From contig CM119371.1 of the NCBI GenBank assembly GCA_051294905.1, positions 620,001-684,000 on the forward strand: a stretch of DNA of 64,000 nucleotides, read 5' to 3'. A model generated the notes under the pieces. The model was not told the origin of the DNA. It saw only the letters and a list, made by a program, of their open reading frames with translations, and ran no database searches. This DNA is from Botryllus schlosseri. Lineage: Eukaryota. A program made the translations under genes and the position numbers. Position 1 is the first letter of the stretch, and every line of letters begins with the position of its first letter. Shown one piece after another: positions 36,161 through 49,071 of the stretch.

Positions 36161-39116
36161 CTAAACTTGGTGTGCGGCCTTTTTCCATCTTGGTCTTAAC
36201 GAGGTGACGAAATTTTGTATATTTCTTTTTTTTTTTTGAGGGGGGGGGGGGGGCTGACGAAGTGCTGTTTCGGCCCTAAATCAAGGTAAACCTAGAACTG
36301 AGCTGTCGCGAGATCCATTAATCTCTTTCTAATAACAGGGAGTTGCTGGAGCAGATTGTTTCTGGTGAAAAGTATGGAATGTGATATGCAGTATATGTAC
36401 AAAAACGCTTTTTCATGCTAATTTAATTTTTTGACTGTCCTTATTTTTTGGTCCATGTCGATGGCAACCCTGATTATAAGTAATAGGCGTTGTTGATAGA
36501 CCACATAACACAAATCGATAATAAGAAAAGCGGATTTAATTTGCTAGATACAACTGTTTCCTCCATACAAGATTGTCTGGGAGGGGTATAACATTATTCA
36601 TAACTCATAGGAATATATGTCCCTTGTCCAGGCTCAGTTGGATGATATCGGCGATTTAATAGCCGGAGGCCCTTCCTTGCACGAACGCGCCGAGGATGGG
36701 TTCTCGACTTTTCTTATCTGCATGTTTGAATCAAAGTGCTCTTTTTAACAAGCTGGGATTCGGGGCCGAAAGCACACATAGCAGCAAACATTCTGCTCCG
36801 TATTTGATTGCGATGAATCCATACGTTTCTGTATTCTGGTTTATAGTTCCGTTTCGACATGGTTTGAATTTATCGACCTTGCTGTACTGATGCATTAGTA
36901 TGCTAAGCCGATAGCCGGAAAATAATTATCTACCTTTCTGTAAGGAATCAGGGCTAACACTACTACTGATGCGTTGGTATGTTAGCCCTAGTCACCTAGG
37001 TAGACAATTTCACCGGGCAATTGGTTTTCTTTGACCCAGTATGGCTCAATGACAACGTCGTGAAATTGCTGCATGACTGTGGTATTTGAGCATATAGTGT
37101 ATTTATAGAGGTTTGCTGCAAAGGACGGCAAATCGTAGACTGAATACAATTAAAAATCGCCGATCCGCTCGCGTACCATCGGACCAGGTCTTGCGTACCA
37201 CTAGTGGTACGTATACCACAGTTTGAGAATCCCTGATCTATGCGATATTTTCCAATTTATATAGTCATGACCCACTTTTCGCTTTTTAAATCTTCCGTTC
37301 CGTGCCTCACTTCTTGAAGATCTGCTAAAAGTATAGGAATACTAATGTCGGCATCACCTAAAAGTATGCCCAATGGTATATGACATTTAATAATGGGGAT
37401 ATTTCGGAACTGTTGTTTGGATTGTGTTATTCCAAAATGGACAATCTTGCCATTACTGCATATTGAAAAATTACCGATATACACACAGTAATTTAATTCT
37501 CTCTTAATGTGAAATTACAATGGTATGTGCGTGGCAAGCTAGGTAATCGCATGTGTATTCCGTCTTATGTTCCAAATACGATATCCATACGCATAGCTAT
37601 ATAACTTGAATGTTGTCATTTGAACTTATCTAACTACGTAATAATATAAATAATATATTTGAATATATGATCCGAGTATTCATCGAACTTCGTCTGTAAA
37701 TCAATTTGATTCGTTCAGTTGACGATAAGATAAGCGATTAGTAAACAGAGAATGCGGTTGCGACTTGATCGTAAAATGAGTTCCGTACACATAATATATG
37801 TTTGGCGTCGACTGATATATGGTTTGTTTGTTTCAGTTGACTGTGCAAGGTACCTTGGGGTGCATTGGTCGTCACGTTGCACATTGTACGCACTATCAAC
37901 CCACTTGGGAAGTCCAGACTTCGCGGTGTCTACTCCACTAAAAAGTGATTTGGAATTCTTGACGTAGGCTACAACAGCGAAGTTGTACTTACGATTTCTG
38001 TTTTAAAATGTCCCAGCTCACATGAAATTTGAACGAAACGTAAAAGTTCATTTGACTGATGTTTGTTCGGCGATCGATTATCTTAATTTAATACTCTTTA
38101 GTTGCGGAATGCTATTCCCAAGTCTGCTAACTTGTCCCATAAGCTCGCAGTCCCTTCCAAATTTTAAAGTCGACTTACCAGACTAATTTTGGTTTGCATT
38201 ACGCACCATAAACTTAGTTTGCTTCCACGAGAATATAGACAAAAAGGAACGTTCAACCAACATCTGTGTGCCAAAACGATGATAAGTCATTGATATTCGT
38301 GATGATGTTGTATAAGCACGACAGTAATGTGATATGCAATAAAAAATTAGCTGCTGACAATCATGCGCATCACATTGCAAAGGAGAAGCATGTCGCACGT
38401 CTGATACGCCGCAAATGAACTGCCACACTACGACGCCAAAATAAGATAGATTTGAATAGATGAATTATTACCATAGGGGTTCCCAAATTAGGGTAATGAG
38501 GTCGCTTTATTATTCTTTGGGGTCGGGGGAGACAAAAATTAAATACCGATGGCTATTACAAGAATTTCAATTAAGAATATGCTATCGGCGGCTCATTTCT
38601 GAATATTGTAGTTCATTTTTTAAATGAAAGAAAAATGACCTACGTGGAATGCGATCCAGGAAAACAAGGTATCATAACAGTCGAAGCGTCATTTTAAAGG
38701 ACCATCTAATATAACACAAGGTTTGTGCATTGTTATTAGAATTAAAATTTCGGGATCATGAATACCAATAGGACGGTAGTGCTATGTGTTAAAAAGTATG
38801 ATAAATACACAGGACACGCGCGAACGGCGCGGCCGAATAAGTCATATATCGTTATTTGTATTTCGCATGACGCCTGAATGCATGATGTGCATATGCCGCT
38901 GGACATAAAAGATAAAGTGATAGACTTTCAAGACTTTCTAAGTTTTGCACCAATTCACTGTGCCATCCCAGAATGTTGAATGCCAAGCGGCAAAGCTACG
39001 CATATTACTTCTTGTCTGACACGGTCAGGAATTGAGAGACGACTCAGCACTTGGACGCGCTATTATTATGCTATCTTGTTTACGCACCTCTAATAACCTC
39101 GATCCGATGCATTCAT

Positions 39117-39155
39117 GCATGACCATGACCATGACCATGACAATGACCATGACCA
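39117..39155. repeat. (CATGAC)n microsatellite
   Basis: About six hexamer units; not expanded at the paralogous position in copy 1. Confidence 0.85.
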
Positions 39156-39940
39156 GTGTCAACCTGAAATATTCGAGTTTATTCCAATACACAGTATTCA
39201 ATCAGTCAACGTTGCTGTTTACTACCACCAAAAGTGAGAACGTGCCACTGGATGTTTGCTTAATCCTGATTAAAACCGTTGCCTCGGTCATAAATTACGC
39301 CAAACACTGATATCGCAGGATTGCCGTAAATGTGACATCTGCAGCTTTTTTTTATTGTCGATTGCCGTGTACATGTACACATTATGAGCAAGAGGGTGCT
39401 CAACTAAAGTAAACATTGTTTGTGGATAGCGGTCGGACGAATAAGATATCAAATACTAAACTGCATACCATTAAATTAAATTGATATCTAGAGATCAGAG
39501 CTGCTACTGAACAAATTGTAACTGTAGACACTTTGACGTGACTAGAATTACCAGTTTATGCTACGTAAAGCCCTGAAAAATACTTTGGAACACTTGAGAC
39601 TTTTCACGTACCGCTAGACACCTATAAATTTTTCGAATGTAATGGGAACCAAAATAGCTATTGTGTTCATTAATAGACGTGTACAATTATGTTAAATTTG
39701 AATTCAACACAAAAATTATGTTGAATCTGAATACACCACAAAAATTGTGGAATGACTTCGAGCGAAGTCAACTGATAATCACCACACCACACCCGCCAAC
39801 TAAACTAACCCATCCATCGATAGATTCATAATACGATATGCACTCCTTGCAATCCTCACAAATGGGAGACTAAACCAAAATATCAACGATACGGTCGCAG
39901 ATAAATACATGTCATAGCAAAGTCAATTGCAAGTCTCCGG

Positions 39941-41650
39941 CAGTGTTGGGATGACTCGAGTCATGACTTGACACGCGCCACCTTTCTCGCGTGACTTGAC
40001 TTGACTCGAGTCACTTTGCTAAAATGACTTGACTTGACTTGACTCGGCGTATCAGAAATATGTAATGACTCGTGACTCGGAGCAAAATTCACGAGTCAAT
40101 TTCAAGTCATCAATTAATCGGTGTCGATAAAAATCACTGTATCTTGCATATGTTCGGATTGTTCGCGAAACGCTGGTGTAACCCGTGAGAGCGACCAATC
40201 ATTTTGATCGTGCATTTTACTGAGCTACCAAATAAATTGACCACAAACGAAGTGATCGAAGCTTACAGCTTACGTTGTCGTAAACCAGTAGTAAAGTAAC
40301 ATAATAGAAAATTATATACCTCTTGTTTTATTGATTTTGAATTCGAATATAGTTTATATACTCCTCAACCATTGGCGCAGGCTCGAATTGTATCATATCA
40401 ATATGTAAATGGGTAAAGGGTAATGTATTGCATCTTATCAATTCGTTTCTCTATTCTCTATTTTGGTTGGTAACTATAAACTGAGGCTACGTATGATCGT
40501 ATATGTGAGCGATACAGCGCCTTCTTGGGTGTATATTCGTTTATCGGTTTAAAATCAATGACCACTCAATCTGTATTTCAGACAGCTAGCAAAATGCAAT
40601 GACGTAATCATTAGGGATGGTGTGAACGTGAGGTTCACGTTCGTGGTCTATGTGTGGTTAACCTCGGAAAATTTGAGGTTCGCGTTCACAATAGAACCTT
40701 GGTAGGTTCTGCACTGCGAACCTTTTTCATATATTGCAATTTTCACTGCATTATAACATCTTTGGTTCAAATTTATTGACTTTCAACTGCGGGCCACTCT
40801 ATGCCTGATGTTGGCAGCATAAACATTCAACACTAAACGAGCATGCCCTTGACAATCTCAAACCAATCAATGAGATTGATATCGTCTTCTGATGTAAAAA
40901 TCTAGCCGGCGTACGGGGTCAATCTTGACTACATATGTAGACTGTATCATAAAAACCAAATCCATGCGACTGGGGTGTTGGCTATAATGCTGTATAACTT
41001 GCTAATCGGTAGCAAGTAGGCCTATATAGAAACCCATTTTACACTCTGCTTAATATCCATGTGGCAATAATCAGACGCCGAATACATTGTCCAATCAGGT
41101 CGAAATTGTTGGCGAAGCGACGCAAGATACTATGATTTTATGGGATTCTTATATCATTTGATTGCCGCAGTTGATACATTTGGCGACGTTTAAAACGTCA
41201 ATATGTAATTGAGTACTGAGTTATTATGTGGCCCAGAGTCGTCGGTCGGTATCGTGTACAGTAGATTAATATAGGCATAGGCAATCACCTAATAGAAATA
41301 TGGGGTTTAAATTAGCAATATGACGTCAGGGGACGTCACAAGGTTCACGTTCGTGTTCACACAGAACCTTTTAAAAAGGTTCACGTTCACACGAACCTGA
41401 ACCTTTCAGAGGTTCACACCATCCCTACCATGTCTCATACTTCGAAAAGGCAACCTGACTTTAATTTTGACTTGACTCGTGACTTGCCTTGACTTGACTC
41501 GACTTGACTCGAGTCACCTCCAAAAATCGAGTGACTTGACTTGACTCGAGTCACCTTCGAAAACCGATTGACTTGACTTGACTCGACTCAAAATGTGCAA
41601 TGACTCGAAATGACTCGTGACTCGAAGGTAGCGACTTGATCCCAACACTG
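39941..41650. mobile_element. hAT-type MITE with TGACT repeats, containing a nested element (40612-41427)
   Basis: TIR CAGTGTTGGGAT / ATCCCAACACTG with perfect TSD GTCTCCGG. Inner TIR TAGGGATGGTGTGAAC / GTTCACACCATCCCTA, without a clear TSD. Confidence 0.9.
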
Positions 41651-44600
41651 GTCTCCGGTGACAGTTAATTCGAGGAGTGCTGACCCTTCTTTGAAAAATA
41701 CAGTCTGGTAGAAAAGAAGGTCTGGTCATAGCAGTGCTTGAATCGTTTACTTTAACGAATCACTGAGGCACTAGAATTGTTCTGACCAGCATTTCTTTGA
41801 TGCGCGCTTTTCAGCTTCGCGTCCTAGTCAGCATGCATTCAACTTTGCTTCGATTTGACAATGTCTGCTTGGTATTTGGTAGTAGGCTATGTAGCAATCG
41901 CACGCCGTGCTTTTAGCAGAATTTCGCAGTATTCTGATTTTATCAGATACTGTTGATTGGGGTTACCATATTTTAGGGGTCGGCATTTCAAACCGGGTCG
42001 CAGACCCCTTTTAAAATTTCGTCCAGTCCGCGGGCCGTAAGGATATCATTTGGAGACAAAATATAGGCCATACAGTCTAGTAGTTACGTTTATAAAGCTT
42101 AGGTCAGTACACTGCTGCAATCTCAAGATATATTACGGGCATAGTTACCACAAAATAAGTAATAGTTCAATAGAGTACAGCAAAGATATCTTGATGTTCA
42201 ACGATTTTCGGCGAATCTATGGAATCGACATTGGGGTTTGTATTAGCTACTTTCTCCTCGTAACATTTGATATTGTTGGAAGGCCTAAGCCGTTTGTAAG
42301 TGTGTCGGTGTTGGCCATTGCCCGCCAAGGCAGTATGCCCGATGCCCAGCCCATTCATATCATCTGACTCTCGCTCGATGGTATGCTGATGTCATCGCCG
42401 AAGTCATTTCATTTAGTGAGAAATAGTGATGTTGGACACAGGAGAATAGCTTATTTTGAAACAACGAAAAAAAAAATATATTTTGAAACTGAAATAAATT
42501 TCAGCTCTAAAAATCTTTACTTTTTGTTCTTCTAAAATCTCAAATCCGATCGCGGGTCGCAAAATATGACACCGAGGGCCGCATGCCACGTATTGGTGAC
42601 ACCTGCCATAATCTCGAGTAATGGCCAGACACAACAAAAATAGTCATAAATGAAGAAAAATCCTCAGTGCGGGTACTCAGGTGGGTCATTCGGTCTAATG
42701 GGGCTTGGAAACTCGACCTTTTTAAGGGTCAACATCTGGAAACTACACCAGATGACTATGGCATAAAGTGAGCAGTCCGAGAGTCGAGCCGGAAAGAAGT
42801 ACCTTTATTATTATTAAACCCAATATGATTATAGAATCAGCAGTTTTTTAGTCCAACAATCTAAATTTTGCAGTTTTTAAAAAAGTAAAAGTGTCCTCCT
42901 TTCCGGATCCCAAAATATGGTTGATGGTGGAGATTATTCTGCGTTGGGGTGTCGAACCAGCTATGACTGCTGTAGTATGTTGTTTCATTTTTTTTCTGAT
43001 TGCTATTCTTTAGAGATCATGTGATAGCTGAAAGGGATACTAAATGTCAAGCCATGACTTTACTGGATCATGCAGTGGTCTGAACAGCGCTATTAAAGAC
43101 GGTTTATTCCAGAAGTGGGCATAGTGGTCATTGCTGGTATTCTAAAAGTAATATCATAAAAGTGCAGCTTAATTACGAGTGTAAATTTCGAAGTATTCTA
43201 GTATTAGTTTGGTTGAAAAGTAACACCTTCCTGGACGTACTTTGTTACTGACCAACTCTGCGAAGGTTGGCATATCCACCATTCCACCTGTCCTTCTTCC
43301 TAGTCCAATGGTTTTCAAGCGTGGCCCATTTATCTTGCTAAATTAGCAATTGTTTTAACCTTATCTGTTTCAGAGCCGTAATGCGCATCCTATCTGCGTC
43401 CCTTTCTTGTTCTAAAAGAAATAAGTGCGCACTGATGCCGCTGTGATTTCGACTAAAGCTATTCTACTGACAGTTATCTTCCCTGCTACATTACTAAAAT
43501 ACGCTGTGTCAACCAGCAAACGGTGTTTATTCATACAGACGGATACATCGTAATCAGTGTTTGCACAGTTAGCTCTAGATAAACAACCAGACGTGGCTAG
43601 CAAGATATGGTAGCTTCGTAAACGGTTATAAAAACGTTGCTAATGATTCGAGTCGCGAAATTTTAGTGACTAGACTTGACTCGAGTCAATTTTTAAAATA
43701 TGGAATAACTTAACTCGAGTTGCGGCAATTTGTGTATTGACTCGACTTGTACTCGAATCATTGCGCATTTCTCGACCGAGTCATAAAACTCGAGAGACTC
43801 GGACCGGCAGGACAAGCATTTTTTAGTAACTCCGATGAGTAGTAAGCTACCATATAATGCGGGGCATTAAATATCAACCAAACAGAGTTGTAAAATCGTG
43901 TGTTGAACGTGATTGAGCGCGGAAATGAGCAGGTAACACAATCACTTGAATTCATACTAGAGTCTCAACACTGTGACTAGAACTCATACCTTTTAACCCT
44001 GACTATGACGCAGACTCGACTCGGTGATGGATTTAAAATGACTTGACGTCACTCTAGTCAAAACTAATGAGGTGGAATTGACTTGTGACTCAAGACCTTG
44101 CGACTTGGTTGCAACCCTGCGATATGGCAATGTTTTATGATTTACGATTTGAATGCAAATTTTATTGAAATGAACAAAAGCTACCGCTTAAATGAACAAT
44201 TGTAAAAATCGACATGCTTTAGCACCAACAAAATGACCCAGTGCGGCATTCCAATTCTGCGCTACAAAGACATAATTCCAGATTTGTAATCAAGTCACAC
44301 GGTTCCGGGTGCCAAGTCAATTTTACTTTTATAGTTCTACCTCGAGCATGTCCAGTGAGTCATATTCAATGCATCACCGCCTCAAGTTCGACTCGTGGTG
44401 CAGAGGGTCGAGTCCGTGTCCAAGTCATTGCGTTCAGTGTTCAATCTAGAGTTCAAGACCGGTTCAGCCCTATTTTTCACAACTCTGATTGGGTGATATA
44501 AAATGCCTGGTGTTCATAATATGCAGAATTTCATCATTCTAAACTATTTTTGGCCATCATTTTATTCACAAGTGCTGATAGACGAAATACCAATAATATG

Positions 44601-45124
44601 GAACTTTACTTTTTTCAAGTTGCAAGGAAACACCGTTTCGGCTGCTTGAGTTTTGAGTCATGTGACTTGGTCGAGTCATACGAAATGACTCGAGTCATTG
44701 CCAGCATGTAAGAAATTGACTATTGAATAAAAATTGAATATTTTTCCCCTTCTGCAATCCAGAGTTTTGTAACGTTCTGTATTTTCATGTGAGCGACTTA
44801 ATATTCTTATGACTTTGTCTTGAAACTTGGCGGTTTGGGTTTGATATAACATCGGTTTCATTCGACGAGTCGATTTCCTGTTCTTAGCTTCTGCTTTGAC
44901 AGAAATTTCGCTTTACGCTGTCCTTTGATTTCCAGAGCTTCCCTAAAACGTAGGAATTGGTTGATTTCAACGGAAAAATAGCCCTCGTATCACAGTCACT
45001 TGATATATTTTCAGATATAGCACTAATTATTGGGCTAGGCACAATGTCCAGAGGACTTGCATCTGAAATTAGTATTAACTCTACCAATTTGAGTCAACTA
45101 GAGAAATTATTCCTCTCCTTACCA

Positions 45125-45559
45125 ATAGGGCTGTGCGAAATCGACTACGTGAGCGATTCGATATTAGGCTTCGAGCCCAGTGGAGTATTTAAGTATCACT
45201 CATTATGACGAAATACCTGTATGTTAGATGTCAAAGATCATATATATACCTTTTACGCTACTATAAATAATATCATTTATCACCAATACCTATCTCATTG
45301 CACTTTGTAATAATGCTGCGGGTTTATATGACTTCAGAAATAGCTTTGTACTACATGTTCTGTAGGCTTCGATACGGCAAGTCGAGGTTTCAATGCTCCC
45401 ACAGTAGAAAATACCGTCGAAACTATAATTCTCGTTGTTCAATTACATTGGCAAGGAGCGTATAGTATCAACACTCCGAAAATTTCACTACTCGACTCGA
45501 ATCGTTAGATATATTAATCGAAGCAGATTCGAGTATTCATATCATTGTGACCAGCCCTA
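45125..45559. mobile_element. TAGGGCTG-ended MITE shared by both duplication copies (copy 1 ~9206-9698)
   Basis: TAGGGCTG...CAGCCCTA flanked by CTTACCAA / CTCACCAA. Confidence 0.7.
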
Positions 45560-46800
45560 CTCACCAATATGTGTTCATTTATTAATTAATCTTATCGTTT
45601 CGATCGTATCTCCAATGTGGAAGCCTTCGAACTTTCTTGGTAATATAACAGCATACGAAAGCTGTTGTACAAAACTACGTTAGCGGAAAGGAAATATTTG
45701 TAAACCCGCAGCATTTGCAATGAAAAAGGCATGGTCGACAAAAAAAACTTATTATTTGTAACATGACGTAGATCCGGCATTACATTCTTTGTGGTTGCAG
45801 GAAAGATACATATTTGCACTTTCCACTATCCAATACCCCTATGAAGTCATAAGTAGTGGTACTTGACTCGACGCCTAATAATCGATTCATGGTCAAATCA
45901 CTCAGCCACTTGATTGTCACCAATGAATATACAACAAGGAGATTGTCAGCGGTCATCAACTCTCACAGGACATGATGTTTCAATAATGAGTGGCAGTACC
46001 GCGAAATCTATTCGGGTGGCCAACAAGTTCTAAATCACATTAAGAGCGTATTCTTTCACATACTATTTCAGGCTTCACCGAGTATAATATTATTGACTGG
46101 TATGCAGACTTGTGCAAGCTACCGATCTAGTTGGTTGACGATCAACTGACAAATGACTAGTTGCCATCAACTAGAAAACTTGCGGCATCGTTTAACGTGA
46201 ATCATGATCCCGGCGTTTTATCGTGTGATGTTCTTGCATCCATTTCTACCTCAGAATCATTACTGCAGAGACTGGCGTAGCCAGGCTGTTAGGAGTTTAC
46301 AGCCTCCCCATTTCAACTACGACAAACTACTTCGTAAGGACAGACAGTTCCAATCAGAGGTGAAGATAAGTAGTGCAATTCTAACGTTATGCGGGAAAAC
46401 ACCTAGTTTGCACATGATAGGTCAAATTTGTTCAAAATCATGATTTTGTAGGTCAAAAAATGTTAAAATTTAGATTTTTTTGGTCACAATCTTTGGTTTT
46501 TAGGTAAAAGAAACACCCTAGTCAAAACCATCCATGTCATCAAACTCTCTGTTGGTATTGCCAGCATTCTGATTGAATTTGTGACATGACGATGATGGGG
46601 GCGCGAAATATTTCACCATCAAAAAGGAGGCCGCTGTTTTAAATCTAATTAAAGTTGCGGGTTTTGCAAAGAGAGTACAGATTTTGGAAATCTAATAGTT
46701 TGTTGAAGTCTGGGTACAGCACTTGAATAGTGGTTTAAAAGTACGGTAAGCGCCTGAATAGTGGTTTAAAAGTACAATAAACATGAACGAGTCTACCAAC

Positions 46801-46913
46801 GTTTTCCTTACCATTCAGCGAGTCGATACAATTTGCCACTTTGTCGGAAGTGAGGTCTTGAATTGGACGAGACCGTATCCCTTGGACATGCCAATGGTGG
46901 AATTGATGGCGAT
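46801..46913 (-). pseudogene. RBM28: RBM28-like RRM3 RNP1 exon
   Basis: IAINSTIGMSKGYGLVQFKT/..KVANCIDSLNGKEN|gt; KGYGLVQF is an RNP1 octamer. Confidence 0.75.
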
Positions 46914-47649
46914 CTGAATAGAAGATGTCAAAAATGTGACAGAAACCTATTGAAATATATGAATATGTGCAGAAAATAGTGTACTTGCATCCAGGGCATG
47001 GTATGGTATGGTATGGTATGGAAGTAGGGTATGGTATGGAACGAAATTTCGGTATGGAATATGGAAGAGTGCAAGTATGGTATGGTATGGAAATTTCCCA
47101 AGTATGGTATGGAAGGTGTTTTCCATACTTCCATACTTTTCCTATACTTTGACAGTTTTGCCAGAACCATCACAATAATCCTACTTTCGATTTATCAAAT
47201 TGATTGCATGCCACAGAAAATCGCTCCGGGGCCTACGATAACTTACGGCCTTATATGGCACATTACACTCGCAATATCGGGGAGGCCGACATTCGCAAAA
47301 CAGACATCAGGGATTGCTTACGATTTCGCATCGCGCAACCAGATGCCTCCCTTTATATAAGTCTAACAAAGTCGTTTAACAGAGGAACTAGGTACTTTCA
47401 CGTCTTAAAACCCAAAGTTACTATTGACATCCTTGAAGATACAGTTATTCACTAATCACAGAAATAGGCTGTATAGCGGTACGGACCAAACCTGCTAATG
47501 TTAAGTATTTTATTGCATTGTAAAATCAATAAAAGTATGTAAAGAATAAATTGATATCGTTTTCACAAGTAACTACAGCAAAAACGAACACCAAGCTTAT
47601 GGTTATAAAGCTTCAACAACAAATTCGAGTAATCAAATGCATCAATTAA

Positions 47650-48796
47650 GCATATGCAAGCTATACCTGCTCAACTTCCGATTTTTAAAGTCCTTCACAG
47701 CATATTTTCTCACAGAGGCAAGCAATTTGCAATTGCTATTTTTGAGGACATTTTTGTCAATGTACCCAGCAACATAGTAGGACATCTCCTCACTGTCAGG
47801 AGATATAAGTCATCGAGTAAGTTCAATTGCCACATATTTAAAACGATCCAAATGAGCTGAGCTTTACACACAAACTTGATGTCCCCAGAAATTAATGTCA
47901 ATTTTCAGCATGGAACGGAGCAGTATTATCTTTTCAGAATTGGTAACTTCTGTTAAACCGACTAGAAACCGTCCCCCACTCATTTGCCTGTACTGCGAGA
48001 ACTATCTTTCAATTGATAGTTTCTTGCAGGGCGTATTAACGAAAAGAGAACTCGTCATTGCTAAGGCATTTTTCTCGCAATATTTAAAATGCTTTCACAA
48101 TGGATGGATGATTAAAAACTCCATTCTCATTGAGAGTAGCAATACACTCTAGTAATTCTTCCGCCTACCATCTTTCCTTAATTTCGGTCTCTGGCAGTGC
48201 CTCCACCACGATTGAAGAAGATTTTTGAAGAGATCATCATTACAACAATGCCTTTTTAAGTGACCGCTTTCATCTACTCCATAATATTTACCAGCGTGCT
48301 ATTGAACACCTTTCTGTAAGTACATCTCATCTATACCATCAACATTATTTCAGTGGAGATCCCGCCCTCTTCCTTCGTATCTCCATGGACTTTAAATGCG
48401 TCAACGCTCCATTTACTGTACCGAGACAGCGTTGACGTTGAGGGAAATGGAAACCTTCTTGTATGAATTCTATAAGCTTGCGCAGATGTATACCGAAGTA
48501 GGAGCGCAAAACGAAACTATTTCGGATGAATACGCAATATGAGCAACACCAAGTCTTGTAATATGGTGGATTTGGAAGCTCTTCCAGTAAATTGTTGTCG
48601 GATTTTTCGGACATTTTCGAGATATTTCGCTAAATTAAGTAAAGCACCAAACTTAGTCAGAGTAGCACTTGTTCCTTGTGTGAACCAAGGAAGCAGAGGA
48701 ACTTCAAATCATAAAATATAAAGCGGAATGACGAGACCTTTTCCCAGTTGTCAGATATCCTGTCTTACAACCATAAACACAACATTTGTTGGCCAT
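47650..48796 (-). pseudogene. P-element (THAP9-like) transposase remnant, internally deleted
   Basis: Ordered fragments MANKCCVYGCKTGY (THAP start), RFALLLRYTSAQAY..FPFPS, IDEMYLQKG, ER*FSQYRQMSGGRFLVGL and YYVAGYI. Confidence 0.85.
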
Positions 48797-49071
48797 TATT
48801 ATGCCTTAAGTCAAGCCTGAATTACTAAGTATATAGTCAGCCGAAATTCGCTGTCAGGAAGGCCGCATGAAATATCCTCATTAATTCTCGGCTGATAATA
48901 GTGGGCGCGCATAACACCGCAATATAATGAGTTATTTACCAACTGAATAAAGGTAGCCTACCTCACAGTTACAAGCTAGTCAAAACGGCAGCTAAACGTA
49001 ACTCAGTCGCCACTGCAATCGAACACAGTCGTTACTGTAGTTTTATAGCTAATCACGGCATGATTCCATAA

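Larger units (their letters stand above)
28540..36472 (+). mobile_element. Decayed hAT transposon interrupted by the LTR element
   Basis: 12-bp TIR CAGGGTTGCCAT / ATGGCAACCCTG; perfect 8-bp TSD ATTATAAG (28532-28539, 36473-36480); GTCCTTATTT subterminal repeats. Confidence 0.9.
28472..37235. mobile_element. hAT-type MITE, outer shell of the nest
   Basis: Ends CAGTGTTTCTTAAAC / GTTTGAGAATCCCTG; TSD ATCTATGT / ATCTATGC (7/8). Confidence 0.65.

Noticed and set aside
36226..36253. Adjacent poly-T/poly-G run as a terminator or retroposon tail
   Set aside because: No associated body or TSD could be identified; treated as low-complexity sequence inside the hAT remnant.
39032..39310. ORF with an MTMTMT repeat
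   Set aside because: Translation of the (CATGAC)n microsatellite; not conserved in the paralogous copy.
39950..41640. Recurrent TGACTCGAGTCA palindromes as a CRISPR-like or regulatory array
   Set aside because: Spacing is irregular, there are no unique spacers or cas genes, and the motifs lie inside MITE ends.
46992..47120. (GGTAT)n array as a telomeric or satellite repeat, and ORFs 46967-47360
   Set aside because: It is the terminal and subterminal repeat of a TSD-bounded transposon; the ORFs are translations of the repeat.
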